NCBI GenBank assembly: GCA_022340465.1
Contig: JAJDNW010000071.1
Coordinates: forward strand, 18,606 to 82,605
Reading direction: 5' to 3'
From: Deltaproteobacteria bacterium
GTDB taxonomy: Bacteria > Desulfobacterota > Desulfobacteria > Desulfobacterales > B30-G6
DNA: 64,000 bases
Positions 48,902 to 57,428 of this stretch are shown here, piece by piece. Within the stretch, counting starts at the first letter, position 1. Each line of letters opens with the position of its first letter. The position numbers were made by a program, and so were the translations under genes. Below the pieces are notes generated by a model. The model was given only the letters and a program-made list of their open reading frames with translations. It was not told the DNA's origin and searched no databases.

Positions 48902-49480
48902 ATGAAAAGACAATATTTTTTTGAATCCTACGATTGGAAACGTAATTCGGGCCTTGAGAATTTTAATTTCTGTCCGGTCTGCGGTACGGAATGCGTGAAC
49001 AGGGAAGAGAGCCTGAGAATAAGGCCGACCTGTCCAAACTGCGGGTATGTTCATTACAGAAACCCGTGCCCGGGAGTGGTTGTCATTATCGAACAGGAAG
49101 ACAGGATCCTTCTCGGAAAACGCGCGGCCGGCAGTTTTCAGGCCGGCAAGTGGTGCCTGCCCGGAGGATTTATCGAGTTCGATGAAGATTACGTTGCTTC
49201 GGCGGTTAGGGAGGTAAAAGAAGAGACAAACTTGGAAATTGAAGTCAACTCAATCCTGAACGTCAACTCTAATTTTCTCTCACGGGATTTCCATACACTG
49301 GTGATCACCGTGGTTGCGGACGTCAAAAAAGGCTGCCCTGAGCCGGGCGACGATATCGTAGAGCTTGGGTGGTTTCATATTAACGGCGACTTCCCGGATA
49401 TGGCTTTTTCAGCCGACGAATACATTATCAGGCAATTTAGGAAACTCAGGCCAAAGGCACTATCCTTCGTTGTAGATTAA
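48902..49480 (+). CDS. NUDIX hydrolase with N-terminal zinc ribbon
   Basis: Contains CPVCGTECV...CPNCG and the Nudix box GKWCLPGGFIEFDEDYVASAVREVKEETNL. Confidence 0.85.
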   Translation: MKRQYFFESYDWKRNSGLENFNFCPVCGTECVNREESLRIRPTCPNCGYVHYRNPCPGVVVIIEQEDRILLGKRAAGSFQAGKWCLPGGFIEFDEDYVASAVREVKEETNLEIEVNSILNVNSNFLSRDFHTLVITVVADVKKGCPEPGDDIVELGWFHINGDFPDMAFSADEYIIRQFRKLRPKALSFVVD

Positions 49481-51187
49481 TGCCCCATAGGCAGCTGCGC
49501 CGGCGTCATCTCCCATCGCCTGATAGCACCCGGCAATGTATTCACGGGCCGGCGCCCGATCCTTGAAGTCAAGCAGCAGCTCAAGCGCGCTTTCAAATTC
49601 CCCCAAGTTCATGTGGCTTATCGCCCGGCAGAGGGATAGGTCGAAGCTCTCTGGAAAATGACCCAGTCCCTCCACAAGGATCTCAATGGCCTGCTCGAAC
49701 CTTTGCTCTTTTTGATACAGCATGCCCAACCCCAGAAAAGCCCTGTGGTCGGGGTGATACCCGAGGGCCTTTTTGTACAGTTTTTCGGCAATTCTCCGCG
49801 GCTTTTTTATGGCCGGTATGCCGGTATAATCGCCATGGCCGAAGGTCATGGCCAGCCTGGAGCAGAAGTCGGCATGCAGCTGGTCAAAAGAAGGGTTCCG
49901 AACAAGCGCCAGCCGGTCAACGTAACGATGCAGACGCCCGTAAAATGCCGAGCGCAAACGCCGGCCGAAATCCAGGATCATCTGCTCGGTAAGGTCGGGA
50001 TCGGTTTCAAAATAGAGGATGTCCTCCACACGCTCCAGCCAGATGTCGTCGGTTACCCCGTGGCGTTTCTTGAAATCTTCATAGAGCCGGGTGCCGGGAA
50101 ACAGATCCAGAATGTAAAAGATAGCGCTCAGCGGTTTGATGGCGTCGATCAGATCGATGGAAGCCTGGATGCTGGCGTCGTTTTCTCCAGGGGAGCCGTA
50201 GATAAAGTAAGCCCGGGCCATGATCCCGTACTTTTGTGTCAGGGCAAAGGCGCGTTCGACCTGTTCCGTGCGTATCTTTTTGTTCAGACGCTTTCTGATG
50301 CCGGGTTCCCCGCTTTCCACACCAAAACTTATTTGTGTGCAACCCGCCCTGCGCATCCAGCTCAGGATTTCGTCATTGATGTAATTCACGCGCGAGATGG
50401 CGGCCCAGGTGATATCGAGTCCCCTTCTGATGATTTCACGGCAGATGTCGACGACCGTTGTCGCCCGGTAGGTGAAGGTGTCATCTGAAAAATAAAAGTG
50501 ATTCACGCCTTTTTGGTTGAGCCTTTCGAGCTGGTCGACAAAATAGTCCGGGGAGTGGGCACGCACCTTGTGGCCCCAGAAAAGGGGGGAGCTGCAAAAG
50601 GTGCAGTTCCCGGGGCAGCCGCGCGTGAAAGCGACGTGGCTGTAGGTGAAGTACCGGGCGGGGACCGGCAGCCGGTCCAGATCGTCGATGGGCTCCGCGG
50701 CTTCTGTACGTACGACACGGGTGCCTTGCCTGAACGCAAGCCCCTTGATTGCGGGAATACGCTCCTGGGCATTTTCATCGATCGCCTTGACCAACTGCAG
50801 GAAAGTGAGCTCGCCTTCTCCCAGAACCGCGAAGTCGATTTCAGGAAAATGGCTCAAGAGGTGACGCCATAAAAAGGTGGCGCCGATGCCGCCGAAAACG
50901 ATTTTCGTGCGTGGATTCAGTTCTTTTGCTTGGCGGGCGATGTCGATCCCTCCCCAGCGGTTGGCGTGAAGAATCGAGAAGCCGATGACGTCCGGCTCGT
51001 TCTCTTTCAGGGCTGCGGCAATGCACTGCGGGGTTTTGTGGATATCGTGCCAGTTGAGAACATCGACGTCGTACCCATTTTCCCTGAGAACGGCTCCCAC
51101 GTAATAGATGCCCATGGGCGGTACGCTGATTTCCTCCGCGTGGATGCGTTTCTCCAGGAAATAGGGATAGATCAGTAAAATGCGCAT
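49460..51187 (-). CDS. B12-binding-domain radical SAM protein with C-terminal TPR repeats
   Basis: The N-terminus MRILLIYPYF...PPMGIYYVGAVLRENGYDVDVLNW is B12-binding-like. The radical SAM cluster motif is FTRGCPGNCTFCSS. The C-terminus has TPR-like helices (...YKKALGYHPDHRAFLGLGMLYQKEQRFEQAIEIL...). Confidence 0.8.
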   Translation of the reverse strand: MRILLIYPYFLEKRIHAEEISVPPMGIYYVGAVLRENGYDVDVLNWHDIHKTPQCIAAALKENEPDVIGFSILHANRWGGIDIARQAKELNPRTKIVFGGIGATFLWRHLLSHFPEIDFAVLGEGELTFLQLVKAIDENAQERIPAIKGLAFRQGTRVVRTEAAEPIDDLDRLPVPARYFTYSHVAFTRGCPGNCTFCSSPLFWGHKVRAHSPDYFVDQLERLNQKGVNHFYFSDDTFTYRATTVVDICREIIRRGLDITWAAISRVNYINDEILSWMRRAGCTQISFGVESGEPGIRKRLNKKIRTEQVERAFALTQKYGIMARAYFIYGSPGENDASIQASIDLIDAIKPLSAIFYILDLFPGTRLYEDFKKRHGVTDDIWLERVEDILYFETDPDLTEQMILDFGRRLRSAFYGRLHRYVDRLALVRNPSFDQLHADFCSRLAMTFGHGDYTGIPAIKKPRRIAEKLYKKALGYHPDHRAFLGLGMLYQKEQRFEQAIEILVEGLGHFPESFDLSLCRAISHMNLGEFESALELLLDFKDRAPAREYIAGCYQAMGDDAGAAAYGALIYNEG

Positions 51188-51212
51188 GGTGGGTATTATA
51201 GATTGAAACGTG

Positions 51213-52442
51213 CTAAATGAATCCCCACTTTTTTTTGACCATCAGGTGAAAAACTTTGATAACGACGGGAAATTGGGGTGCTTCTTCCGACGCGTCGAGG
51301 GGGACCCCCTTCACGCCCTCCACGATGGATACGATGTGGCTGTAGGGGTAGCTGTGCACCAGTTCGTTTTCCGGGACCATAATGCTGAAATGGTCCTCAT
51401 TAACCTTGGCGAGAATGGCATTTTTGATTTCCGCGGGGTCGTCAACGTTGATGCCGATGGCTTCACCTTCATACTTTTTCAACAGTTCTTTCATGGTCGG
51501 CTTCGGTTGCACTGTCTCTAAGATGGTTTGGGTTCGCTGGCGGGCGTCCTCCCGTTCCTTCTGCAGGGCGTCGGCTGCCTGTTGCTCCTGTTCCAAGCGC
51601 CGGTTCTCGGCCGCTTCGAGCGCTTCCTTTTCTTTTTTCAGGGCCTCAGTCTCCTGTCTCGCGGCTGCGGCATCCTGTTTCAGGGCGTCGGCCTCCTTTT
51701 CCAGCGCGGATATTTTGTTCCGGGCATCCTGGGCCTGTTGCAGGATATCCTGCCTTTCCTGCTCCTGCTGGGATTTTTGGACGATATCCGCCTTCTCGCG
51801 CGCCTGTTTTTCATTTATCAGGGCTTGGCTTTTTGCCCGGAGATTTTCGGCTTCCGCTTCCAGTTGGGCGATACGTTTGTGTTCTTCTCCACCGGTAACT
51901 TCAGGGGGTGTTTCCAGCGGCGGTTTTTCCTCGGCTTCGGCCTTTTTCCGGCTTGCATCCCTGGCGGCTTCTTCCTGCTGCTTTTTCAGGCGTTCCGCTT
52001 TTTGAGTCTCTATGCGGGCTTTTTCCTTTTCACGACGCGCAGCTTCCTGTTTTTTTGCTTCGGCTTCGGCCCTTTCCGCGGTTTCGTCCGGTTGCGTTGC
52101 CTCTTTTGGGGGTTCCGCCTGTTTCTTGAGTTCCTCTGGGGGGACTTCTAAGTTGTCCTGTGATTCCTTGAGAATCCTTTCCTGAACTTCGAAGTACTTG
52201 GAAAAGATAATGCCGCATTTTATGCATTCCACGGCCCCATCCGCCACTGCATGCCCGCATTTGGGGCATTTCTGCAGCGGTGTCGGTTCGGGGCCTTTGG
52301 GGACCTTCTTTTCGGCTTGAGGTTTGGTTTTTTTCATTCCGCGCAGCACGAGTGCCAGGGTCACACCACATTTTTCGCATTCTTCAGACGAAGCATCGTT
52401 ATCATGGCCGCATTTTGGGCACTTGACTACACTGTCATCCAT
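51213..52442 (-). CDS. Double zinc-ribbon, long charged coiled-coil protein with unassigned C-terminal domain
   Basis: Contains CPKCGHDNDASSEECEKCG and CPKCGHAVADGAVECIKCG, then about 230 aa of E/K/Q/A-rich heptad-like sequence and a roughly 90-aa C-terminal globular segment. A strong SD (AAGGAGGGG) precedes ATG at 52442. The gene ends 25 nt before the radical SAM gene. Confidence 0.65.
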   Translation of the reverse strand: MDDSVVKCPKCGHDNDASSEECEKCGVTLALVLRGMKKTKPQAEKKVPKGPEPTPLQKCPKCGHAVADGAVECIKCGIIFSKYFEVQERILKESQDNLEVPPEELKKQAEPPKEATQPDETAERAEAEAKKQEAARREKEKARIETQKAERLKKQQEEAARDASRKKAEAEEKPPLETPPEVTGGEEHKRIAQLEAEAENLRAKSQALINEKQAREKADIVQKSQQEQERQDILQQAQDARNKISALEKEADALKQDAAAARQETEALKKEKEALEAAENRRLEQEQQAADALQKEREDARQRTQTILETVQPKPTMKELLKKYEGEAIGINVDDPAEIKNAILAKVNEDHFSIMVPENELVHSYPYSHIVSIVEGVKGVPLDASEEAPQFPVVIKVFHLMVKKKWGFI

Positions 52443-52671
52443 TCGACCCCTCCTTTGAGACATTGCACCTGTTTTCGGAAGCATGCGGTGCAGACGCAAT
52501 CGAGCCGCGTGCATTGCTTCCAATTCAGGCGTCAGGATGGTGCGCAGACTTCTTTTAGATCGGGTACCAGTTGCTCGATAACCTCATATGCGTATCATTT
52601 TCAGCCAGTAAGGTCAAGTTTCAGCAATTCCCGCCCGAACCCGCCGCTGATTATTTCCGGAAAGCCTTTTG

Positions 52672-52700
52672 TTGACACGAAATTGCTGCTCTGATACTTT
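52672..52700 (+). promoter_or_regulatory. Candidate sigma70 promoter of the EHD-like NTPase gene
   Basis: TTGACA (52672-52677), a 17-nt spacer, then TACTTT (52695-52700). It lies about 60 nt upstream of ATG at 52763. Confidence 0.3.
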
Positions 52701-52762
52701 CCACCAACGATTACCGCTGTAAAGGCATCGAATCGAACGGGAAGGCGCTGCTGGAGAATCGG

Positions 52763-54226
52763 ATGGACCGAGAAAACTTTATCACTTCGCTCAGAACGAA
52801 CCTGCTGGCCATGGTGGAAGACTACCTGACCCCCGTGGCGATAAAATACGGCTATAGCGAAGCCCCCCTGGAAACTAACATCAAATGGCGTCCCCAGGTG
52901 CTGGTTTTGGGAAACTATTCTTCAGGGAAGTCGACCCTGATCAACGATTTCCTGGGTGCCGACATTCAGGATACGGGGCAGGCCCCGACCGACGATTCCT
53001 TCACCGTAATCACCTATGACGGAACCGCTTCCTCCGAAGGAACCATACGGGTGACCGAGGAGAGGGACGGCAAGTTTTTACTGAACGACCCGGAGTATCC
53101 TTTCGAATCGCTCAAAAAACATGGCCAGCGCTTCGCTTCGCATTTTCGCCTGAAAAAGGTGAACTCACCGTTTCTGAAAAACCTGGCCGTCATCGACACC
53201 CCGGGTATGCTCGACAGCATTACCGAACGGGACCGCGGGTACAACTACCAGGAAGTGATTGGAGATTTTGCCCAGATAGCCGATCTCGTGTTGGTCCTTT
53301 TCGACCCGCACAAGGCCGGAACCGTCCGGGAAGCGCACACCAGCCTGAGGGAAACCCTCCCGACGCGCACCTTCGAGGACCGGGTTCTCTTCGTTCTCAA
53401 CCGTATCGATGAGTGCGTTTCGCTAACGGATCTGCTCCACGTCTACGGAACGCTTTGCTGGAACCTCAGCCAGATGACCGGACGCAAGGATATACCGACC
53501 ATTCATTTAACCTATTCAGCCGGTGCCGTGGACCTCGTAATCAATGGGAAGGAGCGGGATATCAGTTTTCTGAAACTCCTGGAAAACCAACGGGAAGCGC
53601 TGAAAAAGGCCATCCTGGAGGCGCCGCGTCATCGGCTGGATCACCTGGCCACTTTCGTGGAAACCCACGGGGAGCGGCTGGCGCACCTCCTGGAGGCACT
53701 CGTCAGCTACGGAGCTCAGTTTCGCCGCTTCAAGGTGCGTTTTACCATGACCGGGTTCGTGTCGTGTGCCATCGCCGCCGCTCTGGGACTCCTGGCCCTG
53801 GGTGCCGCACAGGTCCTCCCCCTGGGAGATCCCATTGTTATGTACGGGGTCGGCGGCGGTGCCTTTTTAGTGTTGCTGGTCGTCTGGATGACGGCATTGA
53901 AAAAAATGTTTTACCGTCGTTTCAGAAAAAAACGCATGAAGCATCTGGATGAATTGACGCCCCTGGAGAACCAGACTCGCAGGGACACCTGGGCGTCAAT
54001 TCGTGCGAATGTCGCCAAATTCCTGGACAAGACCGCCGGCTTTTTCCCCTTGAGGGAGCTGCGCAGTCAATATGATTCCGTCAACCGGGTGTGCAAAAGC
54101 GGTGCCCGGGAGATCCGCGAGGCGTTGAACGAGCTGGCTTCCCTGGATCAGGACGACACCGTCGAAATGGACAAGTGGGTTGCCAGTCAGTCAAAGCTGA
54201 TTCGCAAAGCAGCCGAAAAATCATAA
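52763..54226 (+). CDS. Dynamin-superfamily P-loop NTPase with EHD-like G domain and C-terminal double-TM hairpin
   Basis: Motifs: G1 VLVLGNYSSGKSTLINDFLG; switch region GQAPTDDSFTVITYDG; G3 AVIDTPGMLDS; then RGYNYQEVIGDFAQIADLVLVLFDPHK; G4-like FVLNRIDEC. Two hydrophobic segments (FVSCAIAAALGLLALGAAQVL and VMYGVGGGAFLVLLVVWMTAL) lie near the C-terminus. Confidence 0.7.
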   Translation: MDRENFITSLRTNLLAMVEDYLTPVAIKYGYSEAPLETNIKWRPQVLVLGNYSSGKSTLINDFLGADIQDTGQAPTDDSFTVITYDGTASSEGTIRVTEERDGKFLLNDPEYPFESLKKHGQRFASHFRLKKVNSPFLKNLAVIDTPGMLDSITERDRGYNYQEVIGDFAQIADLVLVLFDPHKAGTVREAHTSLRETLPTRTFEDRVLFVLNRIDECVSLTDLLHVYGTLCWNLSQMTGRKDIPTIHLTYSAGAVDLVINGKERDISFLKLLENQREALKKAILEAPRHRLDHLATFVETHGERLAHLLEALVSYGAQFRRFKVRFTMTGFVSCAIAAALGLLALGAAQVLPLGDPIVMYGVGGGAFLVLLVVWMTALKKMFYRRFRKKRMKHLDELTPLENQTRRDTWASIRANVAKFLDKTAGFFPLRELRSQYDSVNRVCKSGAREIREALNELASLDQDDTVEMDKWVASQSKLIRKAAEKS

Positions 54227-54256
54227 CCCCAAGCACGAAATCCGAAATCCTAAACC

Positions 54257-54314
54257 ATATCGGGATTCAGAATTTATACGCGTAAGCGGTATCAAAACAA
54301 CACCCTTCCAGGGT
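54257..54314 (+). repeat. 58-nt intergenic box (copy A) upstream of the MFS gene
   Basis: ATATCGGGATTCAGAATTTATACGCGTAAGCGGTATCAAAACAACACCCTTCCAGGGT aligns without gaps to 61404-61461, with 47 of 58 identical positions by my count. Confidence 0.7.
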
Positions 54315-54414
54315 CAGATCAGTGCCGGGTCCTATGGGCCGGGGTATCTACTATCGACAAAAGGTCCCTTTCCCCGCACTATATGACGCCTCTATACGCC
54401 GCCAGGAACGATCC

Positions 54415-55620
54415 ATGAGCGCCGGTTTGTCGCAACCTTCAGAAATCAGATCCCCGCGTCTTATGTGGAGCCTTGGTACGGCGATTGTCTGCAGAATACT
54501 GCTGAACACGTCCCGGCGCTTCGTCTACCCCTTCGCGCCGGCCCTGGGACGCGGCTTGGGGGTTCCGCTGACGGCGATTACTTCCCTGATAGCGCTGAAT
54601 CAGGCCACCGCCGTCATCGGACTGTTTTTCGGTCCTGTGTCGGATCGTGCCGGATACCGTGTGATGATGCTCGGCAGTCTGTTGACGCTTGCTGTCGGGA
54701 TGCTGGGCGCGGCATGCTTACCCTTTTACGGCGTTGTCATGCTGGCCTTTTTCATGGCAGGTTTGGGAAAATCTATTTTCGATCCCGCCATCCAGGCTTT
54801 TGTGGGGGAGCGTGTTTCCTACGAACGCAGGGGGCAGGCCGTGGGCTTTCTGGAAGTCAGCTGGGCCGGAAGCTCCCTTGTGGGCATTCCCGCGGTCGGT
54901 TTTCTGATGCAGGCTTATGGCTGGCGGGTGCCGTTTTTTGTTTTGGGGATACTCGCCCTGGCAGGGCTCGGCCTGCTCGCGTTTCTGCTTCCGAGGGACC
55001 GGCAGCGGGCTGGATGCCGGAAGGACAGGAACGGCTGGCTTGCCATGATTCAATCCCTCGTCAAAAGCAGGGAGGCCCTGGGCGCCGTCGGTTTCGCCTT
55101 TTTTTTCAACGCCGCCAACGACGTTTTTTTTGTTGTCTACGGCGCCTGGCTGGAAGCCTCCTTCAGTATCAGCATTGCCGCCCTGGGAGCGGGGACCGCC
55201 GTCATCGGTTTGGCCGAACTGTGCGGCGAAGGGCTCACGGCCTCGATTTCAGATCGCTTGGGACTGAAAAAATCGGTGCTGATCGGCGCCTGCGCCACGG
55301 TCATGAGCTATGCCCTGATCCCCTTTTTCGGAAACGGACTGACAATGGCCTTTGCGGGCATCTTTCTGATTTTTCTCGCTGCTGAGTTTTCCATTGTCAC
55401 CAGTATTGCCCTTTTCACGGAAATACTGCCGGGCTCGCGGGCTACCATGATAGCGGCGGTGATGGCCGCAGCAGGGCTGGGCCGGGTTGCGGGGGCCCTT
55501 GTCGGCGGACCGGTCTGGATGGCCGGCGGAATTGCCGTCACGGGGCTGGTATCCGCGGCAATCAGCCTGGCAGCGATAGCTTCGCTTTCCGCAGGCCTGA
55601 AGGGGTGGCGTATGATGTGA
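54415..55620 (+). CDS. MFS transporter
   Basis: Has about 12 TM segments and an MFS signature-like GPVSDRAGYRVMM after TM2. ATG at 54415 has an AGGAA SD; the track start at 54322 is a GTG. Confidence 0.75.
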   Translation: MSAGLSQPSEIRSPRLMWSLGTAIVCRILLNTSRRFVYPFAPALGRGLGVPLTAITSLIALNQATAVIGLFFGPVSDRAGYRVMMLGSLLTLAVGMLGAACLPFYGVVMLAFFMAGLGKSIFDPAIQAFVGERVSYERRGQAVGFLEVSWAGSSLVGIPAVGFLMQAYGWRVPFFVLGILALAGLGLLAFLLPRDRQRAGCRKDRNGWLAMIQSLVKSREALGAVGFAFFFNAANDVFFVVYGAWLEASFSISIAALGAGTAVIGLAELCGEGLTASISDRLGLKKSVLIGACATVMSYALIPFFGNGLTMAFAGIFLIFLAAEFSIVTSIALFTEILPGSRATMIAAVMAAAGLGRVAGALVGGPVWMAGGIAVTGLVSAAISLAAIASLSAGLKGWRMM

Positions 55621-55642
55621 ATTGGCGCAATTCTATCTGCGT

Positions 55643-56005
55643 TCATAATATCTTTTTTTCCGATAGCAGGGACATGGAGGCCTGGCCGACACTGGTGACC
55701 TGGCTCAGGGCCCTTGAAATGTGGAAAGGCGCTTCCTGTGGAATGTTGGAACGAATCATGACCAGGGCCTTGTTGAGGTGCTTCAAGGCTTCCTCCCAGC
55801 GGTCGTCCGGCGCCATCCGCATGGCCACCTGGACTTCGTTGGCAACCATACTCAACAGCGCGCCGATGATTTGCCGGGCACCGGTTTTGTCCTGTTCGGA
55901 AATGCCGGCGTGCATTTCGATGGTTTGTGAAGACCAGATAAGGCCGGCCTTGATTTTTTCGCTCTGGGAAAAGGCGATAACCGCTGCTTTGAGGTCCATA
56001 TTCAA
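55643..56005 (-). CDS. Hypothetical small helical protein (120 aa)
   Basis: Open frame convergent with the MFS gene. I recognise no motif. Confidence 0.4.
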   Translation of the reverse strand: MNMDLKAAVIAFSQSEKIKAGLIWSSQTIEMHAGISEQDKTGARQIIGALLSMVANEVQVAMRMAPDDRWEEALKHLNKALVMIRSNIPQEAPFHISRALSQVTSVGQASMSLLSEKKIL

Positions 56006-56144
56006 TCCTTCAATGTGGATTCATCTTGCGATAGAAACCCGGTTGAATTTATATTTTGAAATTTTCATGTCCGGTGGTAGGATAACCTCTGGCACATCTC
56101 GCTTTCCTGAGTAACACAACGGCTACGGCAGGTAAACCCCTCAA

Positions 56145-56170
56145 TTGCAACGCTGGGGTAAACGTTTTAA
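56145..56170 (+). repeat. Long-form intergenic box, copy with 5-nt gap: TTGCAACGCTGGGGTAAA + CGTTTTAA
   Basis: TTGCAACGCTGGGGTAAA (56145-56162) is identical to the minus-strand sequence at 48641-48658. The following CGTTTTAA equals the other copy with TTGAG missing and C changed to T. It ends 5 nt before the ATG of the transglycosylase gene. Confidence 0.65.
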
Positions 56171-56175
56171 GGGGA

Positions 56176-57276
56176 ATGATGATATCGATGCACAGATGCT
56201 TGTCAATGTTCATGGTCATATGCTTTTTTTCCCCGATTTTCCAGGCCGGTGCGGCGGAGGCGGATGCGGTGCCGGTCCTCATGGATGCGATCCGGGGGAT
56301 TGAATCCCTCGATTTTTGCGGTGAATCCGTACCCCTGCAGGAGCGCGATGTGAGGGAGCGTCTGGAAAAGGAGATCCTGCTGTCGGTCTGGGACAGGCCC
56401 CAGGTGATCCTATGGTTCAAACGGTATCCGCGCTACATGCCGCATATCGAGGCCGTACTGGCGGAAAACGGTTTGCCGGACGATTTCAAGTACATGGCGG
56501 TGATTGAAAGCGCGCTGCGCCCCCACGCCGGTTCCGCCAAAGGCGCCGTCGGCTTCTGGCAGTTTATGGCCGACACGGCCAGGCGCTACGGGCTCAGGGT
56601 AGACAGACGCATAGACGAGCGGCGCAATCTTTTCGCATCCACGAAAGCGGCTTCGGCCTATATAAACGATCTGCGTGTCCGAACCGGCAGTTGGACGATG
56701 GCGGCCGCCGCATACAATATGGGGGAAGAGGGCATCGAGGCCGAGATGATGATACAGGGCAGCGACAATTTCTATCACCTCTACCTTCCCCTGGAAACGC
56801 AACGGTTCATATTCCGGATTCTGGCGGCCAAGCTGATTTTGACAAGCCCGGAAAGATACGGTTTCCACCTTTCTCCCGGCGAGGCCTATCCCGTCATGCA
56901 GGTAAAGCGGGTCGATATCGAGTGCTTTGACGACATGCCCGTCGCGGTTATCGCCGAAGCGGCCGGGACGAGCTTCAAAATCATAAAAAAATTAAACCCA
57001 GAAATCAGGGGGCATTTCCTGGTATCGGGAAGCCACACAATCAGCATCCCCACGGGCGCGGACCAGGGGTTCGAAGAGCGTCTGCAGAAGGCGTACGCCG
57101 CTTATCGGGAGAACCGGGACGAGCGCGTGTACGTGGTCAAGGAGGGAGACAACCTTTCGGTGATCGCCCAAAAATTCAAAGTGCCTCTTCCGGCGCTGCT
57201 GATTTGGAACCGCATCGATTTGACGGCACCGATCCATCCGGGCGACGAGCTGATCATTCATCCAAAACACCCCTAG
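56176..57276 (+). CDS. MltD-like lytic transglycosylase (SLT domain + C-terminal LysM)
   Basis: Contains a signal peptide, the SLT motifs YMAVIESALRPHAGSAKGAVGFWQFM and AAYNMGEEG, and the LysM segment YVVKEGDNLSVIAQKFKVPLPALLIWN. Confidence 0.8.
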   Translation: MMISMHRCLSMFMVICFFSPIFQAGAAEADAVPVLMDAIRGIESLDFCGESVPLQERDVRERLEKEILLSVWDRPQVILWFKRYPRYMPHIEAVLAENGLPDDFKYMAVIESALRPHAGSAKGAVGFWQFMADTARRYGLRVDRRIDERRNLFASTKAASAYINDLRVRTGSWTMAAAAYNMGEEGIEAEMMIQGSDNFYHLYLPLETQRFIFRILAAKLILTSPERYGFHLSPGEAYPVMQVKRVDIECFDDMPVAVIAEAAGTSFKIIKKLNPEIRGHFLVSGSHTISIPTGADQGFEERLQKAYAAYRENRDERVYVVKEGDNLSVIAQKFKVPLPALLIWNRIDLTAPIHPGDELIIHPKHP

Positions 57277-57299
57277 TGTGAACGTATGGTGCAACCCAA

Positions 57300-57316
57300 G
57301 TTGAGCGTTTTAAATT
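57300..57316 (+). repeat. Short intergenic box, variant GTTGAGCGTTTTAAATT (copy 3)
   Basis: It has one substitution relative to the 7013/18159 box over 17 nt. It lies 40 nt upstream of ATG at 57357 and 112 nt upstream of the lipoprotein ATG at 57429. Confidence 0.6.
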
Positions 57317-57428
57317 AGATGCGGGAATTTGACTTTTTAGCGCACGTGCATGTAAAATGGGAGCAATCTTCAAACGACGGTACGCTTTATCCGGTGATGA
57401 AGCGGCCACGGCACTCGCGGGGGCGGGC

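Noticed and set aside
51382-52151. Two 207-aa plus-strand ORFs lie inside the coiled-coil gene.
   Set aside because: They mirror the low-complexity GAG/AAG/CAG-rich coding strand, giving Ser/Phe/Leu/Cys-rich nonsense translations. The minus-strand frame has zinc ribbons and a strong SD.
52763-54226. A dynamin-like anti-phage system (LeoA/LeoBC-type).
   Set aside because: This is a single, short NTPase gene without the paired second dynamin-like component. Its neighbours are a transporter and housekeeping-type genes, and there are no mobile or defence genes nearby.
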